NCBI GenBank assembly: GCA_963842855.1
Contig: CAWJHW010000003.1
Coordinates: forward strand, 696,616-760,615
DNA: 64,000 nt
Direction of reading: 5' to 3'
From: an uncultured Methylomirabilota bacterium
GTDB taxonomy: Bacteria > Methylomirabilota > Methylomirabilia > Methylomirabilales > 2-02-FULL-66-22
In this document: positions 50,451-59,558 of the stretch, piece after piece
Numbering within the stretch: the stretch's first letter is position 1
How the letters are laid out: every line of letters starts with the position of its first letter
Program-made: the position numbers and the translations under genes
Notes under the pieces: model-generated
Databases searched by the model: none
The model's input: only the letters and a program-made list of their open reading frames with translations
What the model was told of the DNA's origin: nothing

Positions 50451-51127
50451 CGGCGCCCTCCCCCGGGTGCCTCCAGCAGGCGGATGGCGCAGGTGGGATT
50501 GAAGATGCCGCACGAGCAGAACCGGCCCAGGTAGGCCGCGGCCTGCTCGGGCGTCCGGCGCCCCTCACGGACCAGGTCCAGCATCTTGCGGGCCAGATTC
50601 GGCGACACCATGCTGTGGCCGCACATGGTGGACAATTCCAGCACCGGCCGCTCCGGCAGCCGGTCCAGCGCCCCCTGAAATCCCAGCGAGTACTCCACGC
50701 TGTGCCGGCAGATGCCCGCGCGCTTGGCGCAGGCGTGCGTCTCGCCCGTCAGGCCCGCCACGTTCACCGAGAGGCCCCAGTCGGCCGCCTTGACCTCGCG
50801 CAGGAAGGCCTCCATCGCCTCCGCGGTGTCGAAGATGGCGGCCACGGTGTGGTCCTCGGTGATCGCCTCGATGATTTGCTCGGGCGTCAGGTCCTGGACC
50901 GGCCGCCGCCAGTGCACGCTCGGGTTCAGATTCTCGGAGGGCCGGACCGTGGAGCCGCGCCGGTATTGCGAGATCGTCACCGGCCGGTGCCGCAGCGCGG
51001 TCTGGAGAAACGCCTTGAGCTTGGGAACGGACTCGATCTCGTTCCGGCCCTTCGAGCTTCGCATGAACACGATGAAGTCATCCTGGAAACTTTCCGGGCT
51101 GCCGTATCGGTGGAGGGTGTTGGTCAT
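50447..51127 (-). CDS. Hypothetical Cys-rich protein (226 aa), no family recognised
   Basis: Intact ORF, good codon bias. C-terminal ...STMCGHSMVSPNLARKML...LGRFCSCGIFNPTCAIRLLE. Coupled to the downstream gene. Confidence 0.4.
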   Translation of the reverse strand: MTNTLHRYGSPESFQDDFIVFMRSSKGRNEIESVPKLKAFLQTALRHRPVTISQYRRGSTVRPSENLNPSVHWRRPVQDLTPEQIIEAITEDHTVAAIFDTAEAMEAFLREVKAADWGLSVNVAGLTGETHACAKRAGICRHSVEYSLGFQGALDRLPERPVLELSTMCGHSMVSPNLARKMLDLVREGRRTPEQAAAYLGRFCSCGIFNPTCAIRLLEAPGGGRR

Positions 51128-51163
51128 CTAGGGCTCCTCATCGCCAGCGGACCGGGGGCAGGA

Positions 51164-51982
51164 TCAGGCGCGCGCCGTCTCCAGGTTTGTGAGGCGGCCG
51201 AGGCCCAGGTTGGTCTTCCCACGGAACGCACGAACGCCCTCGGCCGCCAGCACCGCCTCCACGGAATTCTCGCCCTCGCCGTCGCAGCGGACGGCGACCC
51301 CCACGCTGACCACGGTGTCCAGGGTGGCCGAAACCTCCTTCACCGTCCGGAGCACGAGGGGCAGCATGGCCTGCGGCGTCCGCACCTCCACAATGGCCGA
51401 GAGCACCTTCTCCTCCAGGACCTCGGGGTTGATCGCCCCACTGGCGGGATCCGCCATCAGCGCCGTGACCGGATTGTTCTTCTCGAAGACGGCGCCGATC
51501 CGGGCGAGGGCCATCGTCATCGCCTGCACCTCCCGGAAGCGCGTTCCCACGGCCGGCCGCCCGAACTCCACCGTGAAACCCACCTCGCCGGATCCCACGC
51601 GGTTGGTGACGTCGTTGGTCTTCACCTCCTCCGTCCCGCGACCATAGACCCCCGTGCTCTCGTGCGGGATGCAGGGGTCGCTGAAGGCGCGGCGGAGGCT
51701 GCGCGGCCACTGGAGCTCCTCGGGCGCGAACGCAGAGGTGGGGCACACATCCGGCTCCGGGTCGAAGCGGATGCGGAGAAGCTTCAGGAACCCCCGGACG
51801 GCGCGAACCAGGGTCGGGTTGAGATGTTCCTTGCTCATCCGGTTCTCACAGGCATAACACTCCACGCACTCATCCCGGTCCACGGTGGCCCGCCGGATAG
51901 CGGGGTCAATGGAAATGGCGCTGACGGGGCAGACAGCCAGGCAATTCCCGCAGGCCACACACTTCCGGGGATCAATGCGCAT
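51164..51982 (-). CDS. 4Fe-4S ferredoxin-domain protein with an uncharacterised ~200-aa C-terminal domain
   Basis: MRIDPRKCVACGNCLAVCPVSAISID..RDECVECYACEN (CxxCxxCxxxCP plus a second partial motif). Confidence 0.6.
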   Translation of the reverse strand: MRIDPRKCVACGNCLAVCPVSAISIDPAIRRATVDRDECVECYACENRMSKEHLNPTLVRAVRGFLKLLRIRFDPEPDVCPTSAFAPEELQWPRSLRRAFSDPCIPHESTGVYGRGTEEVKTNDVTNRVGSGEVGFTVEFGRPAVGTRFREVQAMTMALARIGAVFEKNNPVTALMADPASGAINPEVLEEKVLSAIVEVRTPQAMLPLVLRTVKEVSATLDTVVSVGVAVRCDGEGENSVEAVLAAEGVRAFRGKTNLGLGRLTNLETARA

Positions 51983-52019
51983 GCAACCTCCTCGGCTTCA
52001 GAATGTCAGGCCGACGGCC

Positions 52020-53414
52020 TCACGGGGTCTGCAGCGACTTCGCCCGGAGCCGCTCCAGCTCGGCCTCGCGGCCCATCCCGGCCCGGTCGTAGAGGGCGGC
52101 CAGCTCGTCGGCCATCTCGGATTCCAGTTTCCGCGACAACGCGCCGGCCGCGACCACCCCGTCCCGGAGAGCCACGATGGCGAGATCCAGACGGCCTTGG
52201 CCCTCGTACAGGCGGGCCAGCACCCGGTAGTAGATCGGATTGCCGGGATCCAACTGCATGGCCTGCAGGAAGCGCTCCACGGCTGCGTCTGCCTGGCCCA
52301 CCTTGGCATACGCGGATCCCAGCCCGGCCTGCGCCGCCGCCGAAGACGGGGCCAGGGCGACGGCCTTTTGATACTCCTGGATGGCGGCGTCAACCTCTCC
52401 GTTCAAGAGGAGGGCATCCCCCAGCACCATGAAGCCTTCGTGGCCGGGCCGAAACGGCTTCAGCTTCCGCGCGGCCGCCACGGCTGTGGGGCCGTCCTGC
52501 GCCTGCATGGCCGTCCGGAAAAGGCCCCCGACGAGCACCGGGTCGTCGGAATCAAGAAGGGCGATCGCCCGCCGATACGCGCCCACCGCTGCGCGGGTCC
52601 TCCCGGCGGCCTCATAGCTCCGCGCCAGCCCCACCCAGGCCTCCCGGGAATCCATGCGCAGGGTCGCCGCCCGCTCGTACTCACCGCAGGACTCCCCATA
52701 CTGGCCCCGCTCGAACAGCCAGGCGCCGAGCCGCAGGTGGGCGTCGAAGTCTTCGGGGTGCAACTGGATCACGCGCTTCATTGCCGTAATGGCCGCATCC
52801 GGTTGCTGCCGCCTCCGGTATATAATGGCCAGGTTGTAGTGCGCGTCCGTGAGGTCCGGGTTCAGCTCCGTGGCCCGCCGGAGAGCGGCTTCGGCCGCCT
52901 CCAGATCTCCCGCCCGACCGAGATCCGTTCCCCGCTTGAGAAGCTCCTTCGCCTCGGGCTCCTGGCGGATCCTCGCCTCCAATTCCTGCTCTTCCTGGCT
53001 CGTCAACACCTGGATCAGCGCGAACCCGTCCTCCGTCGGAAAGATCGGGCTGACCCGCCCGGGCGGGGTCTTCGCCAGGGCCGCCCGGACCGCTGGCGAC
53101 AAGCTGTCCGGACTCACCCGGCCGAGATAGCCTCCTCGCTCCTTCTCCGGGCCGATCGAGCGCTCGCGGACGAGGCGTTCGAAGGCCGACCCCGCATTGA
53201 GGTCAGCGACCGCGGCCCGCGCCTCGGTCTCGGTCCTGACCACCAGGATCCGGATCGCCGCACTCTGAGGTGGTGTGGTCCCGGCCCAGGTCACCGACAG
53301 GCGGAACGCCAGGGCCAGGGCGGTGAAGATGAGGAGCCGGTGCCTTCCGGCCCCCCTCGGAGTGATCTGCTGTAATCCCACGCTGTTCAGGCCCCCTTCC
53401 CAAAGCCCGTGCAT
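52020..53414 (-). CDS. Exported PpiC/parvulin-type peptidyl-prolyl isomerase domain fused to TPR repeats
   Basis: ...ILVVRTETEARAAVADLNAGSAFERLVRERSIGPEKERGGYLGRVSPDSL..PGRVSPIFPTEDGFALIQV, then many TPR units (...AHYNLAIIYRRRQQPDAAITAMKRVIQLHPEDFDAHLRLG...). Confidence 0.7.
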   Translation of the reverse strand: MHGLWEGGLNSVGLQQITPRGAGRHRLLIFTALALAFRLSVTWAGTTPPQSAAIRILVVRTETEARAAVADLNAGSAFERLVRERSIGPEKERGGYLGRVSPDSLSPAVRAALAKTPPGRVSPIFPTEDGFALIQVLTSQEEQELEARIRQEPEAKELLKRGTDLGRAGDLEAAEAALRRATELNPDLTDAHYNLAIIYRRRQQPDAAITAMKRVIQLHPEDFDAHLRLGAWLFERGQYGESCGEYERAATLRMDSREAWVGLARSYEAAGRTRAAVGAYRRAIALLDSDDPVLVGGLFRTAMQAQDGPTAVAAARKLKPFRPGHEGFMVLGDALLLNGEVDAAIQEYQKAVALAPSSAAAQAGLGSAYAKVGQADAAVERFLQAMQLDPGNPIYYRVLARLYEGQGRLDLAIVALRDGVVAAGALSRKLESEMADELAALYDRAGMGREAELERLRAKSLQTP

Positions 53415-53510
53415 TTCCCGGGGTCATCCCGCTCCGGCCGCCAGCGGTCGGCACGGGAAGGTTGTGATACCCTGCCACAAGTAGCGCCCGGAAATCAAGC
53501 CTGACTTGCC

Positions 53511-53553
53511 TGGCAAAAAAGTAAAGGGCGGGTCCCGACGTCGGGGCCCGCCC
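53511..53553 (-). terminator. Rho-independent terminator after ilvD
   Basis: On the minus strand, GGGCGGGCCCCGAC/GTCGGGACCCGCCC (14-bp stem, 1 mismatch) is followed by TTTACTTTTTTGC. Confidence 0.75.
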
Positions 53554-53582
53554 CTACTGTGTCAGCCTGTGCTTCCACCCGG

Positions 53583-55253
53583 CTACTCGGCCCGCAGCAC
53601 CGCCCCCTGACTCCCCGAGGTGACCATCTTCGAATAGCGATGCAGCCACCCTGTCTTGGCCCGTGGCTCCGGCGCCTTCCAGGCGGCGCGTCGCGCCTTC
53701 AGTTCGGCCTCCGTGAGGTCCACTTCCAGGAGTCGCTTGTCGATGTCGATCCGGATCCGATCGCCCGGCCGGAGCAGGCCGATGGGGCCGCCTGCGGCCG
53801 CCTCCGGCGAGACGTGGCCGATGCACGCGCCGCGCGTCCCGCCCGAGAACCGGCCGTCCGTGATGAGCGACACCGAGTTCCCCAGACCCCGCCCCACGAT
53901 CGCCGAGGTGGGCGAGAGCATCTCCTGCATGCCCGGGCCCCCTCGCGGACCTTCGTAGCGGATCACCACCACGTCGCCGGCCTTCACCTTGCCGGCGAGG
54001 ATCCCGGCCAGGGCCTCGTCCTGCGACTCGAAGATCACGGCCGGCCCCTCGTGCCGCATCATCTCGGGGGCCACGCCGCCCGCCTTGATCACCGCGCCCT
54101 CCGGGGCCAGGTTCCCGAAGAGGACGGCCAGTCCCCCGGTCGTGCGATAGGGGCTGTCCAGGGGGCGGATGACATCCGCATCCTTGACGGCCGCCCCCCG
54201 GATGTTCTGGGAAAGCGTCTGGCCCGTCACCGTGGGCCGGTCCAGCTTCAAGAGATCCCCCCGCTCCGACAGCCTTTTAAGAATAGCACTGATCCCACCT
54301 GCCCTGTCCACGTCCTCCACGTGATGATGGCCCGCCGGGCTCACCTTGCACACATAGGGAACCCGGTCGGAGAGCTGGTTGATCCGATCCAGGGAATACG
54401 GCACCCCCGCCTCGTGAGCGATGGCCAGCGTGTGGAGAACCGTGTTGGTCGAGCCGCCCATGGCCATGTCGAGGCAGAAGGCGTTGTCGATGCTCTCGCG
54501 GTTCACGATGTCTCGCGGCTTGAGATCCATCTCCACCAGCTTCATGATCTGCCGCGCCGCAGCGCGATAGAGTTCCTTGCGCTTCTCGTCCACCGCCAGG
54601 ATGGTGCCGTTGCCGGGGAGGGCCATGCCCAGCGCCTCGGCCAGACAGTTCATGGAATTGGCCGTGAACATCCCGGAGCAGGAGCCGCAGGTGGGGCAGC
54701 CCTTCCGCTCCAGCTCGAGGAGGGCGGCCTCGTCGATCTTGCCGGCCGAGAACTCCCCCACCGCCTCGAAAACGGAGATCAGGTCCACCACCCTGCCATC
54801 GGCCATCTTCCCCGCGGCCATGGGCCCGCCGCTGACGTAGATGGCGGGGATGTTCACCCGCATGGCGGCCATCAGCATGCCGGGGACGATCTTGTCGCAG
54901 TTGCCGATCAGGACCAATCCATCGAAGCAATGGGCCTGGGCCATCGTCTCCACGGCGTCGGCGATCAGCTCGCGGCTGGGCAGGGAGAAGCGCATCCCGG
55001 CGTGTCCCATGGCGATCCCGTCGTCCACGCCGATGGTGTTGAACTCGAAGGGGACACCGCCGGCCTCCCGGATGGCCTCCCGGACGATCCGGCCGACCTC
55101 TTGCAGGTGGACGTGGCCCGGGATGATTCCCACATAGGAGTTGGCCACCCCGATGAATGGCTTGCTGAAATCCGCGTCGGAGAGACCGACCGCGCGGAGC
55201 AGGCTCCGGTGGCCGGCCCTCTCATATCCTTTCTTGACCGTATCGCTGCGCAT
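53583..55253 (-). CDS. ilvD: Dihydroxy-acid dehydratase
   Basis: [19 protein letters not shown]..., [58 protein letters not shown] before ATG 55253; the track ORF extends to 55337. Confidence 0.95.
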   Translation of the reverse strand: MRSDTVKKGYERAGHRSLLRAVGLSDADFSKPFIGVANSYVGIIPGHVHLQEVGRIVREAIREAGGVPFEFNTIGVDDGIAMGHAGMRFSLPSRELIADAVETMAQAHCFDGLVLIGNCDKIVPGMLMAAMRVNIPAIYVSGGPMAAGKMADGRVVDLISVFEAVGEFSAGKIDEAALLELERKGCPTCGSCSGMFTANSMNCLAEALGMALPGNGTILAVDEKRKELYRAAARQIMKLVEMDLKPRDIVNRESIDNAFCLDMAMGGSTNTVLHTLAIAHEAGVPYSLDRINQLSDRVPYVCKVSPAGHHHVEDVDRAGGISAILKRLSERGDLLKLDRPTVTGQTLSQNIRGAAVKDADVIRPLDSPYRTTGGLAVLFGNLAPEGAVIKAGGVAPEMMRHEGPAVIFESQDEALAGILAGKVKAGDVVVIRYEGPRGGPGMQEMLSPTSAIVGRGLGNSVSLITDGRFSGGTRGACIGHVSPEAAAGGPIGLLRPGDRIRIDIDKRLLEVDLTEAELKARRAAWKAPEPRAKTGWLHRYSKMVTSGSQGAVLRAE

Positions 55254-55270
55254 CGCTTTCTCCCTATTCG

Positions 55271-55319
55271 CCCTCGGCGCTCGGCTCTCGGCGCTCCGGG
55301 CTCGGCCCTCGGCTCTTCG
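55271..55319. repeat. 7 tandem heptamers CNCTCGG (ccctcgg cgctcgg ctctcgg cgctccg ggctcgg ccctcgg ctcttcg)
   Basis: Read directly. Immediately upstream of the ilvD RBS. A further ctcggct ctcggct copy lies at 55451-55467. Confidence 0.7.
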
Positions 55320-55374
55320 AGTGGCGCACCTTACCACGTTTGATCACCCAGGGCAAGATTCCCCGCCCTCAAGG

Positions 55375-55449
55375 ACGGCAATCAGGCAACCCGGCAATCC
55401 GGCAACCAGGATCCCCAGATTGCCAGACTGCCGGAGCGCCCGGTTGCCA
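55375..55449. repeat. GGCAAY/RTTGCC octamer palindromic module, copy 3
   Basis: acggcaat caggcaac ccggcaat ccggcaac cagg-atcccca-gattgcca gactgccg gagcgccc ggttgcca. Nested between the two CTCGG arrays. Confidence 0.7.
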
Positions 55450-55474
55450 TCTCGGCTCTCGGCTCTCCGTGCAT

Positions 55475-56578
55475 TCACGCGCCCTGCAGGTGGTGGATCT
55501 TCCGGGGATCCAGGCCAAGGAAGACCCGCCCCTCCAAAATCCCCCTTTCCCGGGGATCGGGAACGTCCACGACGAACTCGTATGGGACAGCCTCCGGTTG
55601 GAGCGTGACATCAACCCAGTAGCGAACCCATTGCCCGACGAAGGTGTGCGTCCGGACCACACCTTCCAGGACGTTCGACCCCGGATCGGCCGGCGGCATG
55701 CTGGCGATCTGGATCGCCTCCGGCCGGATATTCAGGACCGCCTCCTCCCCAGGCCGGAGGCCTTGCCCCGGCGACTCCACCCGGATCACCCTGCCTCCGA
55801 ACTCCAGCGTGAACCACTGTGCCTCGGCTTCACGGATCCGTCCCCGGAGGAAATTAGCCGTCCCGACGAAATCGGCCACGAAGACGCTCTGGGGGGTGTA
55901 GTAGATCTCCCAGGGCGTCCCGTACTGGACCACTTCCCCCTGGTGCATCACGGCGATCCGGTCGGAGATGGCTAACGCCTCCTCCTGGTCGTGGGTGACG
56001 TAGACGGTGGTGATGCCGACCCGCCGCTGGATCTGGCGCAGCTCGGCCCGGATCGTGACGCGCAGCTTGGCATCCAGGTTGGAGAGCGGCTCGTCCAGCA
56101 GCAGGATCTCCGGCTCCATGACCAGCGCCCGCGCCAGGGCCACGCGCTGCTGCTGGCCGCCGCTGATCATCCCCGGCATCCGGTCCCCCAGGCCGGCCAG
56201 TCCCATGTCGTCCAGGACCCGCTCCACTCTCTTGCGAAGTTCTTCTCCTCGCACGCCGCCGATCTTCAGCCCATAGGCCACGTTCTCGAACACCGTCATG
56301 TGCGGGAACAGGGCGTAGTCCTGGAACACCATGGCGGCATGCCGGTGATGCGATGGGACGTCGTTCATCCGGCGCTCGCCGAAGAAGATGTCGCCTTGAT
56401 CGGCCTCGTAGAAGCCGGCCAGCGTCCGGAGGATCGTCGTCTTGCCGCAGCCGCTGGGGCCGAGCAGCGTCGTGAAGCTGCCCCGGATGATCTCCAGCGA
56501 GACGTCCCGCACCGCCGTGACCGCTCCGAACCGCTTGGTCAGGTGCCGGATGGCGATATGCACCAATGCGTCGTTCAT
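55475..56578 (-). CDS. ABC transporter ATP-binding protein (PotA/FbpC-like)
   Basis: Walker A GPSGCGKTT, signature ISGGQQQRVALARAL, Walker B ILLLDEPLS. ATGA overlap with the permease gene. Confidence 0.88.
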   Translation of the reverse strand: MNDALVHIAIRHLTKRFGAVTAVRDVSLEIIRGSFTTLLGPSGCGKTTILRTLAGFYEADQGDIFFGERRMNDVPSHHRHAAMVFQDYALFPHMTVFENVAYGLKIGGVRGEELRKRVERVLDDMGLAGLGDRMPGMISGGQQQRVALARALVMEPEILLLDEPLSNLDAKLRVTIRAELRQIQRRVGITTVYVTHDQEEALAISDRIAVMHQGEVVQYGTPWEIYYTPQSVFVADFVGTANFLRGRIREAEAQWFTLEFGGRVIRVESPGQGLRPGEEAVLNIRPEAIQIASMPPADPGSNVLEGVVRTHTFVGQWVRYWVDVTLQPEAVPYEFVVDVPDPRERGILEGRVFLGLDPRKIHHLQGA

Positions 56579-58200
56579 ATCCGGAAAAGCTCCACGTTTC
56601 GGCCGAACAGCAGCCGGGAGAGCGCCAGGACGATGCACGTCAGGATCAAGAGCGCCGTGGTCAGCGCCGCGGCTGCGCCCCGATAGCCATCATTGGCCAG
56701 GTTCAGGATGGTGAACGTGGCCACCGCGTTCCGGTTCGTCACCAGGAAAACGATCACGGAGAGCGTGGTGACGGCCCGGATGAAGGACACCACGAACGCC
56801 GAGACCAGCGAGGACTTGAGAAGAGGGAGCTCGACATCCCAGAAGGTCTTCAGGGATCCCGCGCCCAGGTTGGAGGCCGCCTCGCCGAGGGAGGGGGCAA
56901 TCTGCTTGAGCCGCCCGATCCCCGTCTGGTACCCCATGGGGATATTCCAGAACATCAGGCTAAGGATGATGATCGCCGCCGTCCCGTACAGGTCCAGCGG
57001 CGGCGCGTTGAAGGCCAGGGAGTAGCCGATGCCGAAGACGACGCCGGGGATGGCCGCCGGCAGGATGGCCACGAAATCCAGGAGGGCCCGGCCGGGAAAC
57101 GTTTTTCGCGACACCAGGTAGGACGCCAGGATGGCCAGGAGCGAGCTGACGGTCGCGGCGACCGCGGCGAAGACCAGGCTGTTGATCAGGGCGCGGCCAT
57201 TGGCCAGGACATCCTGCCAGTGCTTCAGCGTCGGCGTGTAGTCGAAGCCCCAGCCCCGGCTGAATGCGCCCGCCAGAAGGCCGAGGAAGACACACAGGAT
57301 CAGGAGCGAGACCAGCGTGCAGAAGGCGAAGAGGGGCCAGCGGACGTACCAGGGGGTCGGGGGCGGGGTGAGAAGGACCACCTTGCCCGTGATGGTGATG
57401 TACTGCCGGCGCCCGACCCAGTACCGCTGGGCGAGGAACAGACCGAAGGCCGGGATCAGCATGACGGAGGAGAGGACCGCCGCCCCGGTTACGTCTCCCC
57501 AGCCCGAAATGCGGGCCCAGGCCTCGGTCGGTAGGACCGTGTAGTGGCCGGCGATCATGACCGGATTGCCAAAGTCAGCCAGGACGTAGATCGCCACCAG
57601 GAGCGCCGCCCCGGCCACCCCCGGGCGGGCCAGGGGGAGGATCACGGTCCGGAAGAGTCGCCAGCCGCTGGCGCCGAGATTCCGGGCCGCATATTCCAGC
57701 GAGGGAGCGATGGACTGCAGCACCCCCTCCATCACCAGGGCAGCGATGGGGAAGAAGGCGATGGTCTGCGAGAGCCACAGGCCGTGCCACCCGATGATGT
57801 TGTACCGCGTCCCCAGCAGGGTGTAGGTGACGAGACCATTGCGCCCGAACATCAGGATGTAGCTGAAGGCGATCATGAAGGGGGGAGAGAAGAGGGGGAG
57901 GATGGCGATGCCCCGGAACAGGCCCTTCCACGGCACGGTGGTTCGGGTGAAGGTGTACGCGAACAGGAATCCAACCGCTGTCGCGCTGGACGTGGAGAGG
58001 ATCACGATGACGCACGTGTGCAACGTTGCGGTGACGTACCGCTCGTTGCCTGGCAGCGCGAGGAAATCTCGCAGGCCGGGATAGAAGAGAACCCGCAGGA
58101 CCGGATAGATGACAAACAGACCCAGGGCGGCGAAGATGGTGAGGATGGTAGCGAGGAGCAAGGGCTCCCGCAGCAGCCGTTTCATCGGCCGATCCCGCAC
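56575..58200 (-). CDS. ABC transporter permease, two fused permease domains (FbpB-like)
   Basis: 541 aa, about 12 TM, two EAA-like loops (...EYAARNLGASGWRLFRTVILPL... and ...GEAASNLGAGSLKTFWDVELPL...). Confidence 0.85.
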   Translation of the reverse strand: MRDRPMKRLLREPLLLATILTIFAALGLFVIYPVLRVLFYPGLRDFLALPGNERYVTATLHTCVIVILSTSSATAVGFLFAYTFTRTTVPWKGLFRGIAILPLFSPPFMIAFSYILMFGRNGLVTYTLLGTRYNIIGWHGLWLSQTIAFFPIAALVMEGVLQSIAPSLEYAARNLGASGWRLFRTVILPLARPGVAGAALLVAIYVLADFGNPVMIAGHYTVLPTEAWARISGWGDVTGAAVLSSVMLIPAFGLFLAQRYWVGRRQYITITGKVVLLTPPPTPWYVRWPLFAFCTLVSLLILCVFLGLLAGAFSRGWGFDYTPTLKHWQDVLANGRALINSLVFAAVAATVSSLLAILASYLVSRKTFPGRALLDFVAILPAAIPGVVFGIGYSLAFNAPPLDLYGTAAIIILSLMFWNIPMGYQTGIGRLKQIAPSLGEAASNLGAGSLKTFWDVELPLLKSSLVSAFVVSFIRAVTTLSVIVFLVTNRNAVATFTILNLANDGYRGAAAALTTALLILTCIVLALSRLLFGRNVELFRI

Positions 58201-58261
58201 GAGCGAAAGGCCCGGGGATTACCCCCGGGCCCTTCGCGCAGACGATTCTCCATCGGTCGAA

Positions 58262-59281
58262 CTATTTGCCAGTGATCTGGGTCCAGCGCTCCAACCAGGC
58301 GTGCAGGTTGGCGTTCACCTTGGCCTGATCGTAGTTCACGAACTGGAGATTCTCGAAGGGCGGCACGCCCTCGGGCATCGTGACGCCGCCGCGCACCGGG
58401 TAGCGCAGGCCATTCCGGGCGTTGATCTCCATGGGCTTGGGCGTCAGGATGAAGTCCACGAACTTCTGCGCCGCGGAAAGATGCGGCGCCCCCTTGATGA
58501 TGGAGACGGCGCCGATCTCGTACCCGTCGTCCTTGGGGAAGATGACGGCCACCGGCAGGTTCTCGGCCTTCTTCTGCCGGATCAGGTCATGGCCCCAGGC
58601 GATGCCGGCGATGGCCTGTCCCTGCGCGACCAGGGGGATCGACCCATTCGCGCCGGGCGTATACTGGGTCACATTCTTGTGCAGGTCCGCGATGTACTGG
58701 AACCCCTTCTCCTCGCTCCCCAGGCGGAAGATCTGGGTCGCCACGAAGATCACCGCGCCTCCCGTGGTGGCGGGGTTCGCCCCGATGATCTCTCCCTTGT
58801 AGGCCGGGTTCAAAAGGTCATCCCAGGTGGCAGGCAGCTTGAGACCCTTGGGCGCCAGCTCGGCCTGGAACCGCTTCTCGTTCACCGGGATGGCCAGGGC
58901 GCCCAGGTACCAGCCGCTCCAGAAGCCATTGGGATCCATGTACTTCGGTTCGATCTTGGCCCGCGCCACCTCCGGCGAGACGTACTTGGCCAGGAAACCA
59001 CTCTGGGCCACACCGTCGTGGATGGAGGTGTTGCCCCCGATGAAGATGTCCGCCCGGGGGTTCGACGCTTCGGTCTGGATCCGGGAGGCGATCGTCCCCG
59101 CTTGCTCGATCTGCAGGGCAATCTCCGCGGTCAGGCCTGTGGCCTGCTTGAAGGCATCGGCGATCTCCTCGATGGTTTTCTTGTCGAGCGCGGCATAGAT
59201 CGTGAGGTCAGCGGCCGATGCAACCCCCGCGCCCAGGATCGTCACCGCCAAGGCGAGCCCCAGTACCAGCATGCGTCTCAT
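58262..59281 (-). CDS. ABC transporter periplasmic substrate-binding protein (family 1; iron(III)/polyamine/thiamine type)
   Basis: Signal MRRMLVLGLALAVTILGAGVASAADL. AGGAGG upstream of ATG 59281; the track ORF extends spuriously to 59752. Confidence 0.8.
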   Translation of the reverse strand: MRRMLVLGLALAVTILGAGVASAADLTIYAALDKKTIEEIADAFKQATGLTAEIALQIEQAGTIASRIQTEASNPRADIFIGGNTSIHDGVAQSGFLAKYVSPEVARAKIEPKYMDPNGFWSGWYLGALAIPVNEKRFQAELAPKGLKLPATWDDLLNPAYKGEIIGANPATTGGAVIFVATQIFRLGSEEKGFQYIADLHKNVTQYTPGANGSIPLVAQGQAIAGIAWGHDLIRQKKAENLPVAVIFPKDDGYEIGAVSIIKGAPHLSAAQKFVDFILTPKPMEINARNGLRYPVRGGVTMPEGVPPFENLQFVNYDQAKVNANLHAWLERWTQITGK

Positions 59282-59523
59282 GGCGTTCCTCCTGCCCTCT
59301 CCCGTCCAAAGGGTCCCGGATGACTGTCGCACGCCCACAGCAAGATTCTGACCGTTGCACACCCCTCTTCCACAGCGCCCAACTCCCTCGCCCACGGCCT
59401 CGCCGTACACGGCGCGGACCGCGAGACCCCTGGTAACGCTAACGCCAATTAGTTTTCTCCAATCCGTCATCGCTGTCAAGCAGAAATCGCCCCGCAAATC
59501 CGCCTCAGGCGCGGCTGGCGGTT

Positions 59524-59558
59524 CTCGGCTCGTGGCTCTCAGCTCTAGGCTCTGCCGC
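59524..59558. repeat. CTCGGCN-family heptamer array (ctcggct cgtggct ctcagct ctaggct ctgccgc)
   Basis: Overlaps the stop and last codons of the amidase gene. Shares GCTCGTGGCTCTC with 40689-40723. Confidence 0.6.
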
